Source of the DNA: Octopus sinensis
Lineage: Eukaryota
Assembly: GCF_006345805.1 (NCBI RefSeq)
Contig: NC_042997.1
Span: 121,520,001 to 121,584,000, forward strand
Reading direction: 5' to 3'
Length of the DNA stretch: 64,000 nt
Below are positions 40,165-52,163 of this stretch, piece by piece. Each line of letters starts with the position of its first letter. The first letter of the stretch is position 1. The translations under genes and the position numbers were made by a program. The notes under the pieces were generated by a model. It saw nothing but the letters and a program-made list of their open reading frames with translations. It did no database searches and was not told the origin of the DNA.

Positions 40165-41265
40165 GGGTCATGTGCTGCAATTAAAAAAACCTTCAGTCTC
40201 TGCTTTGAGTCCTGAGCTTCTCAGTCATTGTTGGGATTTTGCTTCGTTTAACCCAGTATTTGCCATGAAGGGGCTTTTCTTGCCATCGTTTTATCATGAT
40301 CCGTTGCTTTTCTAGTTTTAGTTTAAATTTCTGTTGTTTTACAGATTCGTTGTTTCTTGTTTTTCTTCATAATTGTTAGGCAGTATGACTTCTTTTTTGT
40401 ATTTGTCAGCTTCCTCAGAAACTGAAAACAGTTTTTTGTTTTGTTCGTGTTTTGTGATTACTTGTATTAGTTTTTCCTTGCTTCTGAAATAGGTATTTCT
40501 GTAAACCTATGGTTGTTATTTGCTAACAATTTCCTAGCTGCATAAGGCCTCTACCATAGAAAGATTACATATAAGTTGTATATATAACCTTTCTATATCA
40601 GATTTTGGGTGGTACATCCGAAATCCTATTATAGTTTTTCTTGTTATCCTGTCTACTTTTATTAGTTTATTTAGAGTCTAGTTAAGAGTATTGTAGCTGA
40701 AACTTACAACTGGGACGGCTAATGTATTGATACCTATTATCTTGTTTTTCACATTGAGCTCTGTTTTCAGTATTAATCTAACTCGTCTATAGTATTCTTT
40801 TCTTATCTTCTCTTTCATTTGCGTGTGTTGTATTGTATCTAGTTCTTTGATTCCTAAGTATTGTATGTCTGGTTTTGGTCTAATACTCTTATTTCATTTG
40901 CTTTATCTCGTTTGATGTTGCAACTCTTAACTAGTTTTTGTCTTTTCAAAGTTGCTTTGTCACATTTTTCTAAGCGAAATTTCATATTTATTTCTTTGGT
41001 AAATCCATATATTGTCTGTATTAATGTTTCCAGCTGTTTATCATTTCTAGCGTACATTTTAGATCATCCATGTATAAGAGATGGCTGATTGTTGTAACTG
41101 TTCGTATATTAGATAAAGTTGTCAGTGCTAAGCAGAAAAGGAGTGGAGATAGTTCGTCTCCCTGAAATATTCCTCTTCTAATGGAAAAGGCTTTAGTTTT
41201 TTATGAGTCCTACTATGTCTGTAGCTGTAAAACTGTCTGCACCAACATTTTACCATTGTTGGTGC
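40165..41265 (-). mobile_element. Second R4/Dong-like LINE RT remnant
   Basis: Minus-strand translation gives IRRGIFQGDELSPLLFCLAL, SHLLYMDD, HGKYW and LRSSGLKAETEG, with frameshifts. Confidence 0.8.
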
Positions 41266-41340
41266 TACTTATTATCATTATCATCATTATCATTATTATT
41301 ATTGTTGTTGTTGTTGTTGTTGTTGTTAATATTATTATTG

Positions 41341-41820
41341 AGTGAGAGAGCAGCGCATGCCATCAGAGTGACACTGGGGTAAAATATACGAAGTCCAGAA
41401 TACCCATCATGACTACCCGTATGATAAGGGTACCCCAGGCACCTGCTTCACAACTATATCTGCGCGAGATGGTGACCTCATCTCAATTTTAACAGCACAC
41501 AACCTTGTAGGAGGGGCCCAGTTAGAATTTTCTTCAGGTCGACTAACCCATCCCACTCAAATGGTCTCTGAATAAGGTTAGTTTAAGGATGTTGAAGGAA
41601 ACACCAATTTTTCCAGAAGTGAATTATTCAAACCCAAAAGAATTCCTTTCAACACACGGTTATGATGCTCCCCCAATACTTCTGTTCGTGATCAGTAATG
41701 AACATATCGTCCGCCATCAAGAGACATGCGCAGCTGATTAAAGCAAAAAAAGTGACAAGCAAATCTGTGGTATTGAACAGAATATTTGCTGTAGCCCGTC
41801 TTTTATACCAAGACAAAACA
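41341..41820. repeat. Repeat family E, copy 2
   Basis: Homologous to 37432 and 42547; flanked by (TTA/TTG)n. Confidence 0.85.
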
Positions 41821-42061
41821 TTATTATTATTATTATTATTATGTTGATCATGATCATCATCATCATCATCATCAAGTTTGTGGTCGTACCAATTTTTTGC
41901 TCGGTCATGTCTATACTTTTTGCAGAGTGTCCAATAGACAAGCCTGGCTATATTGTCGTGGCGTCTCTTATATTCCTTCTGGACTAGTGGCGTACATTAT
42001 TAATATTAATATTATTATTATTATATTATTATTATATTATTATTATTATTATTATTATTAT

Positions 42062-42526
42062 TGCCTTTGCACGTTTTTTACTAACAGTGAACTAAGGTAG
42101 CATCTTTTATTTTTCGAGCACCTTCCGGAGTATTCGAGCGGTTCCAAGTATTCGAGTGCTGTTTTCTGCAAGTATTCCACACTTATTGCAGCCCCTATTT
42201 GTTTCACGTTCTTCTCAAGATTTTTGCTCACTGTTTCCAGATATCCGACAATTATTGGTACTACTGCTACCCTTTTTATCGACCACAACTGCTTAACTTC
42301 CCAAGCTAACCTGTCATATCTCTCAACTTTTCTTTCTTCCTTATCGCATACCTTGTTGTCAGCTGGGCATGCTATATCTATGATACAGCATAGTTTGTTT
42401 TCTTTCTCAATTAAGTCTATGTCTGGCTTCCTATTCTCAATCTCATGGTCGCACTGAATCATAAAATCCCATAGGATCTTTGCATTTCTATTTTCGACAA
42501 TGCCTTCAGGTTTGTGGTCATACCAA
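42062..42526 (-). mobile_element. R4/Dong-like LINE RLE domain fragment
   Basis: Encodes WYDHKPEGIVEN..KILWDF.IQCDHEIENRKPDI..IIDIACP..KVERYDRL..PIIVG; bounded by (TTA)n tracts. Confidence 0.88.
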
Positions 42527-42546
42527 TTATTTTTTATTATTATTGT

Positions 42547-43125
42547 GTGAGGGAGCAGAGCATGCCATCAAAGTAACACTGGGGTAAAATATACGAAGCT
42601 CAGTATAGCCTTCATGACTAACCGTCTGATAAGTGTACAGCAGGCACATGCATCACAACCAAATGTGCGCGACATGGTGGTCTCATATCAAGATAAACAG
42701 CGCATCGCTTTGCGGGTGGATCCCAGTTAGAATTTTCTTCTGGTCAAGTAGCCCATCCCGCTCAAATGGTTCCTGAATAAGGATTGTTTAAGGATGTTGA
42801 TCGAACCGCCCATGTTTCCAAATCTGAATTATCCAAACCTCCAAGAATTCCTTTCAGCGCACGGCTATGATGCCCCTCCTCTACTTCTGCTCGTGATCAG
42901 AGATGCACATATCATCAGCCACTAAGGGAATGCTGAACTGGTTTAGGTCAAACAACTGACAAGTAAATCTGTGGTATTGAGCAGAATATTTGCTGTAGCC
43001 CATCTTTTATACCAAGACAATACAATGTACTTGATAACACTTCCAATCAGTTGAGATCAGAAGCCATGAGAGCCTCTCTCTGCTACTGCATCTAGGCAAC
43101 ACTGTCTGGTACTGCATCAGAGCAT
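42547..43125. repeat. Repeat family E, copy 3
   Basis: Homologous to 37432 and 41341. Confidence 0.85.
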
Positions 43126-43209
43126 TTATCATTATTATTATTACTATTATTATTATTATTATTTTTATTTTATTTTATTTTTTTTATTATTACTATTATT
43201 ATTGTAATC

Positions 43210-43660
43210 ATCATCATATGAAAACTCTCAGCTGACTATGATGGAGAGTATCAGCTGCCCACTGCCTGCAGACTAAGGTGACACTTGTTTACTCATCACG
43301 CTTCAAGACCCCGGCGGAGAACTCTAGCAGTTGCAAGTAATGATGATTTTTGTAGATGTTCTATCGTTGCATTTATATTAATCTTTCTTAGCCCTGTTTG
43401 TTGTTGAGTACTGATACTTCAAAACGCGCTGTTCGTCCCCTTCATTGCCCACAACCAGCGTATTTCTCATTTCAAATTGTCATAATTGTTCAATTTTTCC
43501 TCTTTCTCTTTGATCTTGTTGTCATCGAAACATATGTCGATTATCATGCAAGTTTTTTCTTTTCTTTTTTGATCACCACAACGATGTTAATTCCATTTCT
43601 TGTCGGGTGTCTTCTCGACACTGTGTACATTGATAAACCATTAAAATAAATGCACCAGAT
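43210..43660 (-). mobile_element. Degenerate RLE-type LINE 3' end (same subfamily as 33938)
   Basis: Minus strand has TTGCATGATAATCGACATA..AACAATTATGACAATTTGAA and a 3' UTR CAGCTGA..CCATCATA..GAGAGTTTTCA, both shared with 33938-34585. Confidence 0.65.
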
Positions 43661-43757
43661 TTGTTCATTTACAAATTCAAATAGAGTTAAGTAAAAAAGA
43701 GCTGCCCGAACACACAAACAATCCTGTTTCATATAACTTTAAAAACTTGAATATCTT

Positions 43758-44132
43758 GGCGTAGGAGTGGCTGTGTGGTAAGTAGCTTACTTACCAACCC
43801 CATGGTACCGGATTCAGTCCCACTGCGTGGCACCTTGGGCAAGTGTCTTCTACTATAGCTTCGGGCCGACCAAAGCCTTGTGAGTGGATTTGGTAGACGG
43901 AAACTGAAAGAAGCCCGTCGCATATATGTATATATATATGTATGTGTGTATGTGTTTGTGTGTCTGTGTTTGTCCCCACAACATCGCCTGGTGGTGTGTT
44001 TACATCCCGTAACTTAGTGGTTCGGCAAAAGAGACCGATAGAATGAGTACTGGGGTCGACTTGCTCGGCTAAAGGCGGTGCTCCAGCATGGCCACAGTCA
44101 AATGACTGAAACAAATAAATGAGTAAAGGAGT
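43758..44132 (+). mobile_element. tRNA-derived SINE family B (CORE-like CCTTGGGCAAGT), with an internal microsatellite
   Basis: GGCGTAGGAGTGGCTGTGTGGTAAG..GGATTCAGTCCC..CCTTGGGCAAGTGTCTTC..tail ATGACTGAAACAA; several homologues in the window. Confidence 0.85.
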
Positions 44133-45129
44133 ATCTACAATTTTTTGTATTCAAAATTTGTTCCTATCATTGTTGTTGATGTTGTTGTTATTATAATTAT
44201 AATTATTATTATTATTATTATGTTTATTTTTATTGTTGTAGTTGTTGTCGTCGTCATCGTCGTCATTGTTCTTGTTTTTGTTGTTTTTGGAGCTTGGAAG
44301 ATGCACCTTATACGAATAACTTGTGTTTAAAAAATATTAGATTACGAATTTGATGTCTTTTTTCTTCTCTCTGTATCGTATGGCATAGGTTCAAAGAGAT
44401 GTGGGATTCTGTTTAAAACTTGTTTTCTCCTCAGTAAAAATCATTTAAAAATATTTTTGTTTGTCTTGCTTTCTTAATAATTCAAAATGGCTTCTTGCAT
44501 AGGAATGACACGAAGCTGTTGTCATTAATGGCGGTAATACTAATATATAGAGAAATATATTCTCAGCTGAAAAGCAAAAATTGTGAAAAAATATATTAGC
44601 ATGTTAAAGAAGAAAAGGAAACGCTAAAAAAAAAAGAGGAAGAAAGCAAGCAGCATCTAACAAACAGATATACACAGAGAAAAGTATTGACTTTATGATG
44701 CAAAATGGTAACAAAATTGATTTAAACATTCTCATCGAAAAGACACAAGAAAACAATCCTCACATACAAATCTTGCCGAGCGTAAATGATAGTGACATTA
44801 GAAGCAGTTTTGTGAATGTTGCTTGCCAAATAGAATTCCTTGATGTGGATAAGATACAGTTGAAAAAATTAAAATGACAGCTGTGAATAATTAGCTGAAG
44901 AATTTGTCCAAGAACGAGTAAAGAAGAGTAAATTTATACATTTCTACCTTACGATGAGTAAAAGGTTTTTCACTCCACCCTCAATACAGCGACAGAAAAA
45001 AACTGCTGTCCTATGTTTAGAGCAATGTGATGCTCATCGACCGGTGCATTTCATGCGGAAATATAAGTTCTAGTATTCTAGCTGAAAGCAAGGATAATAT
45101 AAAATGCACTTGTTCATTGCATAATATCA

Positions 45130-46990
45130 CATTCCTGCGTTGAACCGTTTACTTTGTCCTGTCTTCTTTTTTCATCTGCTTAATTTGGCACATACCCAAC
45201 ATTCGGGCTATTTTCTTCCATCTCCTTTCGTAATTTTTTGCCGGCAGACATTTCTTCTCCAGATATGCTTTCTCTCTAAGGAGATATAAAAAGAAGTTAA
45301 CCAAAGAATGCCCGGAGACGAAGGTACTTGATGCCATAACTCTTCCACGCGTCTTTCATATCACCTCTTTCGCGATAGCTATTACGGCTAGAAAACAGAA
45401 TTTCTCTTCTCCTTTTAGAGGAGACGGTGGAACGATCTTAATAATCGATTTGGCTGTCAGCTGTACTCTCTCCACCTGTAACAGTACCTGTTCTGTAGAA
45501 ACCCACAGGTCCAAGAGACTCGGAGACTGTACGATTGCATCAGAAAGGTTTCGTTGCTCTGCCCACGACGTGGGCACGCAGGCGAAACCGTGACGCCGTG
45601 CTTCAGAATTTATCTTGAACTGGCAGGGCACTTCGGAAGTACAGCCAAGCCAGGGACCTCTGCTGCGAGCTATTGAAGACACAGAGCAGCAGGTGCCCAA
45701 ACAAGTTTGGCATAGTATAACATAATTCAAAGAGGAGACCATCGCGATGAAGCGACTTGTTCCCACCGCACTCCGACAATGCCTCCTTCACTTCCGCATC
45801 TGTGATCTGCCCTTCACAGCACTCTGCCTCCCTACCCGAGAGGCGTGGTAGACCGGCGAGGAAGTCCGTGAGGTCCTCCCTGCCCTCCGGCCCATCACCC
45901 CGCGAATCAGTCCGGCGAAATGCTCGTGTAAGGCCGTACACATCTCCTTAGGTTCTGTTACCGTTTGTTCCTGATGGTTCGTCAAAGACCACACCAGCCC
46001 ATCCGGCGGTGCTGATACCCTCTGGACCCATTGCACTATCTTAGCTTTGAATCTGCCACCCTCGTGTTAAGCTTGGAGGTGATGACTGAGCGCCATTCTC
46101 GCGGTCAACACTCGAGAAGAAGAACCAGATCTCATTGCCTCCTCTAATGAGTTAACTAAGTCCCTTTCTACACTATTTCTATTCTTAGCTAACTCTCAAC
46201 TAAATCTATTTGACTCGTTTTTTTAAGGCTTTTTGAGGGCATACTACCATTCTTTGTTAACAATGGTCCATGTCAATGCTCTCCTCACTAACTGTCTAAT
46301 CCGACTCGTGTTGGCTTCCCAGGTCAGTAGCGACTTATTTAGCCTCCAGTAGCCGGACCCCTGTCTAGTCATGCTATCTACGTCCAGCTTACAGATCACC
46401 AGTTTGTGATCACTGTAGCTGACAATAGTAAATTGTGGGACACCTAACTATATTCTTGTCCTTAATCCTAATTATTATTCTGTCTAGGTAAGATCTAAAT
46501 GGCCCGTTGTTTCTTGACCACGTCCACTGTGGCACATCCGGGTGATCTATTCTGTATCGATCTGCCTGCTGGAAGCGTCTGAGCTGATCGTTGAGTCAAG
46601 AGCTTACCTTTCGAGAACGATTCGAGCCAGCGTAATCTACGCGAGCATCGCAGATTGCATGAAGTTGCCTAATACCACTAACGTGTGTGACGTAGCCGGG
46701 AAGCTTTCCGTATGTTTGGAAAAGTCGGGCTGTCTTATCCCCACCGGAGCATAGACCGTCACCAACCTGAGTGCTACATGTAGGACGACCAGCCTGCCTT
46801 CCGAATCGACAACGATCGTTCTAGTTTCTAGTTTGACCGCCTTCATGAGTAGAACTACGACTCCCCTCGCATCTCCGGGCTGACATGGAGAAATGAATTT
46901 CTCGTAGTCGTTAAGGAGCAGCGCAAAGTCCTGCAGAGACGAACGGGTGAAGAGAAGCAGAAACAACATAAAAACAGCCGGTTCCAAAGA
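45130..46990 (-). mobile_element. Degenerate Tx1/L1-like LINE: APE endonuclease and start of RT, internally deleted
   Basis: Minus-strand translation gives DSEGRLVVL..RLVTVYAP, VVLGNF, WTWSRNNG..SYLDRI, SYSDHKLV, GSGYWRLNKSL and ITDAEVKEAL...NKS..DG. The boundaries are approximate. Confidence 0.75.
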
Positions 46991-47266
46991 GAGCTATTAT
47001 AACTGTAACCCCAATTGAATCACTGAACATGACACCCAATTTAATTGAAAATTCACCACTTACCCCGAACTAACCGTAGACGACAATCACACTTAGGAAA
47101 CTAACCAAGAATGAACCATGACAGAGAAGTCAAACTAACCACTAGAATCATTAAATGGAAAGTAAAGAGCGAATATAACGAAGGCATGAGAAGTTTGTGG
47201 TGAGATGAAGAGAGAGTACAGGAAACAATGAAAGGAGAAACAACAAGGGGAAAATGCTACTAAGCA

Positions 47267-47675
47267 GGCGCAGGAGTGGCTGTGTGGTAAGTAGCTTGCT
47301 TACCAACCACATGGTTCCGAGTTCATTCCTAATGTGTGGCTCCTTGGGCAAGTGTCTTCTACTATAGTCTCGGACAGACCAAAGCCTTGTGAGTGGATTT
47401 GGTAGACGGAAACTGAAAGAAGCCCATCGTATATATTTATATGTGTGTGTATGTATGTATGCATGTGTGTGTGTTTGTGTGTGTTTGTCCCCTCAACATC
47501 GCTTGACAACCGATGGTGATGTGTTAACGTCCCCGTAACTCAGCGGTTCGGCAAAAAAGACTGATAGAATAAGAACCAGGCTTAAAAATAATAAGCTCTG
47601 GGGTCGATTTACTCGACACTAAAGGCGGTGCTCCAGCATGGCCACAGTCAAATGACTGAAACAAGTAAAAGAATA
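47267..47675 (+). mobile_element. SINE family B, full length
   Basis: Homologous to 43758 and 49801. Confidence 0.88.
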
Positions 47676-47857
47676 AGCATTTTGTCAGGCGTGTGAGCTA
47701 TTCAGTCAGCTTGCCGCCTTTATTGATACACGAATTCGTATCAATTTGGAAAGGACGAAAGCAATTATAAACCAAAGACCATTTAGGAACTTCAAACTAT
47801 AAAACTCTTTGCAAAATAATAAGGAAAGATTTATTATCATCAAAAATTATATATATG

Positions 47858-47957
<100 letters not shown>

Positions 47958-48149
47958 ATATAAGTATATTCATGAGAGCGATGTGAAAGAAAGATGAAGC
48001 GACAAAATGATAAACGTTCTCGTTATGGTTTTCTTTAACGTGATCAAGATAAGTAGAGTACAAGGAAAGTAGAGTACAAAGATATAAAGTTTATTTTGAA
48101 GTAACCTTATGAAGTATGTAAAAGTAGACGAAATGTTTGCGAGAACGAG

Positions 48150-48156
48150 AGAACAC

Positions 48157-48208
<52 letters not shown>

Positions 48209-48306
48209 CGGTGGTACTAGTAGTAATAGTAGTTGCTGTTGTTGTTGTGGTAGTGGTGGTCGTCGTCGTCGTGGAGGTGGTGTTGGTAGTTGTGGTAGTG
48301 GTGGTG

Positions 48307-48337
<31 letters not shown>

Positions 48338-48345
48338 CAGCAGAA
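48150..48345. repeat. (TAG)n/(TGG)n/(TCG)n trinucleotide mosaic
   Basis: Direct reading of the sequence. Confidence 0.9.
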
Positions 48346-48643
48346 TAAACTGATATTTCAGAATATCTTGATATTCAGTAGCATTAACATCACTCTCTTT
48401 CTCTGTCTCACATACGGATACGTGCGCGTACACACACACACACAATCTTTCTCTCCCTCTCTCTCTCTCCGTCCCTCTCTTTTCTACGTTTCTATACGGA
48501 AGCATATAAGCATATACACACTTTAGGATATGCTCACACATACACTCAGCACAGCACGCACGCAATGATATGCACAGCACAGAAAGAGACTCATATAAAC
48601 ACACACGCACACATCTACACATGCACATATACATAATCACACA

Positions 48644-48690
<47 letters not shown>

Positions 48691-48764
48691 CGCTTTTTAA
48701 AGTTTGCCTGTTGATGCATCTTACATGACGAACGTTTAATTAAATCGTACACAAGGTTGAGATC

Positions 48765-48990
48765 TTTTCTTTATTTTTTACTTGTTTCAGCGATTGGTTT
48801 GAAGCCACCCTGGGGCACGGCCTTGAAGGATTTAGTGAAGTAAATCGACTCCAATACGTATTTAACTCAAAAAGGCATTGGTCAACCCTGGTGTCTAACA
48901 GAGGATACTTATTCATGGTGCTGTGCAGTGGAACAGAACCTGGAATTCCGTGGCTCCAAAGCGAGCTTCTTAACCACACAGCCATTCATG
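48765..48990 (-). mobile_element. Degenerate, internally deleted SINE family B-related copy
   Basis: Minus-strand head ATGGCTGTGTGGTTAAGAAGCTCGC and tail CTGAAACAAGTAAAA. Confidence 0.6.
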
Positions 48991-49189
48991 AGAAAATTAA
49001 ATAGAGCTTGGATAACAGTCAGAAGTTTCGCCTCTGCTTGAGTAACAACTCGTTTTGCTATAGCAACCTGGAAAAAAAAACAACAACAACAAAAAAAAAA
49101 CAAAAGCAAAACAAAGGAACAAAGGCAAAACAAAAAAAAAACAAAGCAAAAAACAGTAGTCATAACACCTTCAGGAATAAACCGACAAA

Positions 49190-49429
49190 CGAATACCTAT
49201 TTCTTTACTACCCACAAGGGGCTAAACACAGACGAGACAAACAAGGACAGACAAACGGATTAAGTCGATTACATCGACCCCAGTGCGTAAATGGTACCTA
49301 ATTTATCAACCCTGAAAGGATGAAAGGCAAAGTCGACCTCGGCGGAAATTGAACTCAGAACGTAAGGGCAAACGAAATACTGCTTAGCATTTCGCCTGGC
49401 GTGCTAACGATTCTGCCAGCTCGCCGCCT
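49190..49429 (-). mobile_element. SINE family A, ending with the first bases of a further unit
   Basis: Minus strand reads AGGCGGCGAGCTGGCAG ... AAAGAAATAG-GTATTCG. Confidence 0.88.
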
Positions 49430-49477
49430 GACAAATGAATACCATCATTTCTTGGACAGTATTAGATATATTATAGG

Positions 49478-49965
49478 TACTAGCTGAATAACCCGTCGTT
49501 TTCGGGCAATTTTTACAAGAGAATGTCTTATATAAATTTTTGTTTAACACAGACACATCAAACCCCGATAGATAGGTCTCTTGATCAGGACAGATTTGTG
49601 TAATTTTTCGCATATTTGTAGAATAGTAAAAGTAGAAAAAATATCAAAAATAAGATTTTGAAGCTCTTTCCTGTTGTAAGAATCTTATGGAAAAAAATAA
49701 CTTTTCGTCTCATACACTCATTACCACTTATTCTATCTCCAAATCAAATTTGAAGCGAATCGGATGTAAAATGCAAAATTTATTGAGCAAATATAAAGTA
49801 GGCGTAGGAGTGACTGTGTGGTAAGTAGCTTGCTTACCAACCACATGGTTCCGGGTTCAGTCCCACTGCGTGGCACCTTGGGCAAGTGTCTTCTGCTTTA
49901 GCCTCGGTCTGACCAAAGCCTTGTGAGTGGATTTGGTAGACGGAAACTGAAACAAGCCCGTCGTA

Positions 49966-50012
<47 letters not shown>

Positions 50013-50580
50013 GCGTGTGTGTTTGTGTGTCTGTGTTTGTCCCCCCAACATCGCTTGACGACCGATGCTGGTGTGTTTACGTCCCCGCAACTTAGCGGTT
50101 CGGCAACAGAGACCGATATAATAAGTACTACGCTTACACAGAATAAGTCCTGGGGTCGATTTGCTCGACTAAAGGCGGTGCTCCAGCATGGCCACAGTCA
50201 AATGACTGAAACAAGTAAAAGAGTAAAAGAGTAAAGAGTAGCAATAAAATTGAAAAAATCGTCTTTATGCGGCTTTTTGCCCTCTCCTTAATAGTCATCC
50301 ACGTAATATTTTCCACATGTATCTCAAATATGAAGCGAATCGGTTGAGAAATGCAAAAGTTATTGCAAAAAAAACATATCTTCCTTATGGAAATTCCCAT
50401 CTAAAACTCCGATTGATTCTTTTCAATTGGCCGCTGATTTGTAATTATCGATTTTTTCAACAATCTGAGTATAGCATGAGATTTCCAGACATGAGTTCTA
50501 CTCATGTGTCAAGTTTCATCAAAATCGATGATATGATGTAGGAGGAGTTAGCTAACAACTCCGTAAAAATGTACGGAGAT
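49478..50580 (+). mobile_element. Helentron/DINE-1-like non-autonomous rolling-circle element, interrupted by a SINE
   Basis: 5' TACTAGCTGAATAACCCG-TCGTTT-TCGGG forms a subterminal palindrome; the 3' end has AAGTTTCATCAAAATCG..GGAGGAGTTAG and a terminal hairpin CTCCGTA/TACGGAG at 50559-50578. Confidence 0.55.
49801..50240 (+). mobile_element. SINE family B, full length with a (GAGTAAAA)n tail
   Basis: Homologous to 43758 and 47267. Confidence 0.9.
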
Positions 50581-50691
50581 ATATTTGCATAGCAAGTGAC
50601 CTGATCTGGGATCGAGTGCTGAAGCAAAAACAATTGCAGCGTGGAAGGTGTTTATAAGCCATTTAAGAAACACACGAAAACAGTAGATTCA

Positions 50692-50920
50692 CTTACTCTT
50701 TTACTTGTTTCAGTCATTTGACTGTAGCCATGCTGGAGCACCGCCTTTAGTCGAGTAAATCGACCCCAGGACTTATTCCTTGTAAGCCTCGTACTTATTC
50801 TTTCGGTGTCTTTTGTCGAACCGCTAAGTTACGGGGAGTAAACACACCAGCATCGGTTGTCAAGCGATGTTCGGGGGACAAACACAGACACCCAAACATG
50901 TACACGCACACATACATACA
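50692..50920 (-). mobile_element. SINE family B 3' half
   Basis: TTACTTGTTTCAGTCATTTGACTG..GCACCGCCTTTAGTCGAG..CCGCTAAGTTACGGGG. Confidence 0.85.
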
Positions 50921-51067
50921 TACATACACATATATATATATATAATATATATATATAATATATATATATATATAAAATTAATTAAGGGTAGAAATTGATA
51001 TTTATCAATTAAGACCAGTGGTCTAGCATATTAAAAAAGAATCCGAAGATTAAAATATTTATATATA

Positions 51068-51638
51068 CCAATTAAGGACTGAGCACGAAAAGTGGACAGT
51101 CAACATGCTAGATATAGACGTTAAATCGCCATTCACCACAAAAGATTATGTTCTCAGATCAAACTCAACACAAAACCATAGCAATAAACAAGTGAAAAAT
51201 ATACGAAATAAAATAATTACCCATGTACTAAATTAGTTTCAACTGTTATTTTCCGCAAGGAAAACTGCAGCCATCATCAGCATGGTCCGTTATAAATGTA
51301 ATTTGCTGGACTAGTAAAGGCATTTGAAAGATATATTCAAATGTAATAGGCTGAACTCCATGCACGCGATATTACGGTATCGTGTTTGCATCTAGTCCAG
51401 CAAATTACATTTATAACGGACCATGCTGATGATGGCTGCAGTTTTCCTTGCGGAAAATAACAGCTGAAACTAATTTAGTACATGGGTAATTATTTTATTT
51501 CGTATATTTTTCACTTGTTTATTGCTATGGTTTTGTGTTGAGTTTGATCTGAGAACATAATCTTTTGTGGTGAATGGCGATTTGACGTCTATATCTAGCA
51601 TGTTGACTGTCCACTTTTCGTGCTCAGTCCTTAATTGG
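51068..51638. mobile_element. Foldback/MITE with 247-bp terminal inverted repeats, inserted in (TA)n
   Basis: Arms at 51068-51314 and 51392-51638, with only two mismatches seen by eye; 77-bp spacer; TA on both sides. Confidence 0.88.
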
Positions 51639-51712
51639 TATATATATATATACATACATACATACATACACATACATACATACATACACACATACATACA
51701 TACATACATACA

Positions 51713-51775
<63 letters not shown>

Positions 51776-52163
51776 CGACGGGCCTCAACATTTACATTTA
51801 ATTTACCAAAATATTTTCGTCGCTTTGAGACCGCAACCTTTTCACTGACAAAATTCCGTGCAGCGCGGAATTTACATTAAATGTTGAAATAATATCTAAC
51901 GGTTTTTTGCATATTTTTATGTCAGTAACCTATTCCGAAACGCTAAGTTACGGGGGCATATAGAATCCATTTCTAATTGTCAAGCGGCGACAAGGGCAAA
52001 CACGCGCACAAAGACGCGCGCGCGTGCTTATATATACATATACATACCTATCTGTGTCACACGTGTATCAATGCATGGATGTGTGTGCGCGTGTGTGTAC
52101 GTACGCGCGTTTAATCGCGTCACTAATGCTAAGGCATGTGAAGGGTATGCTATGTCCAATTAT

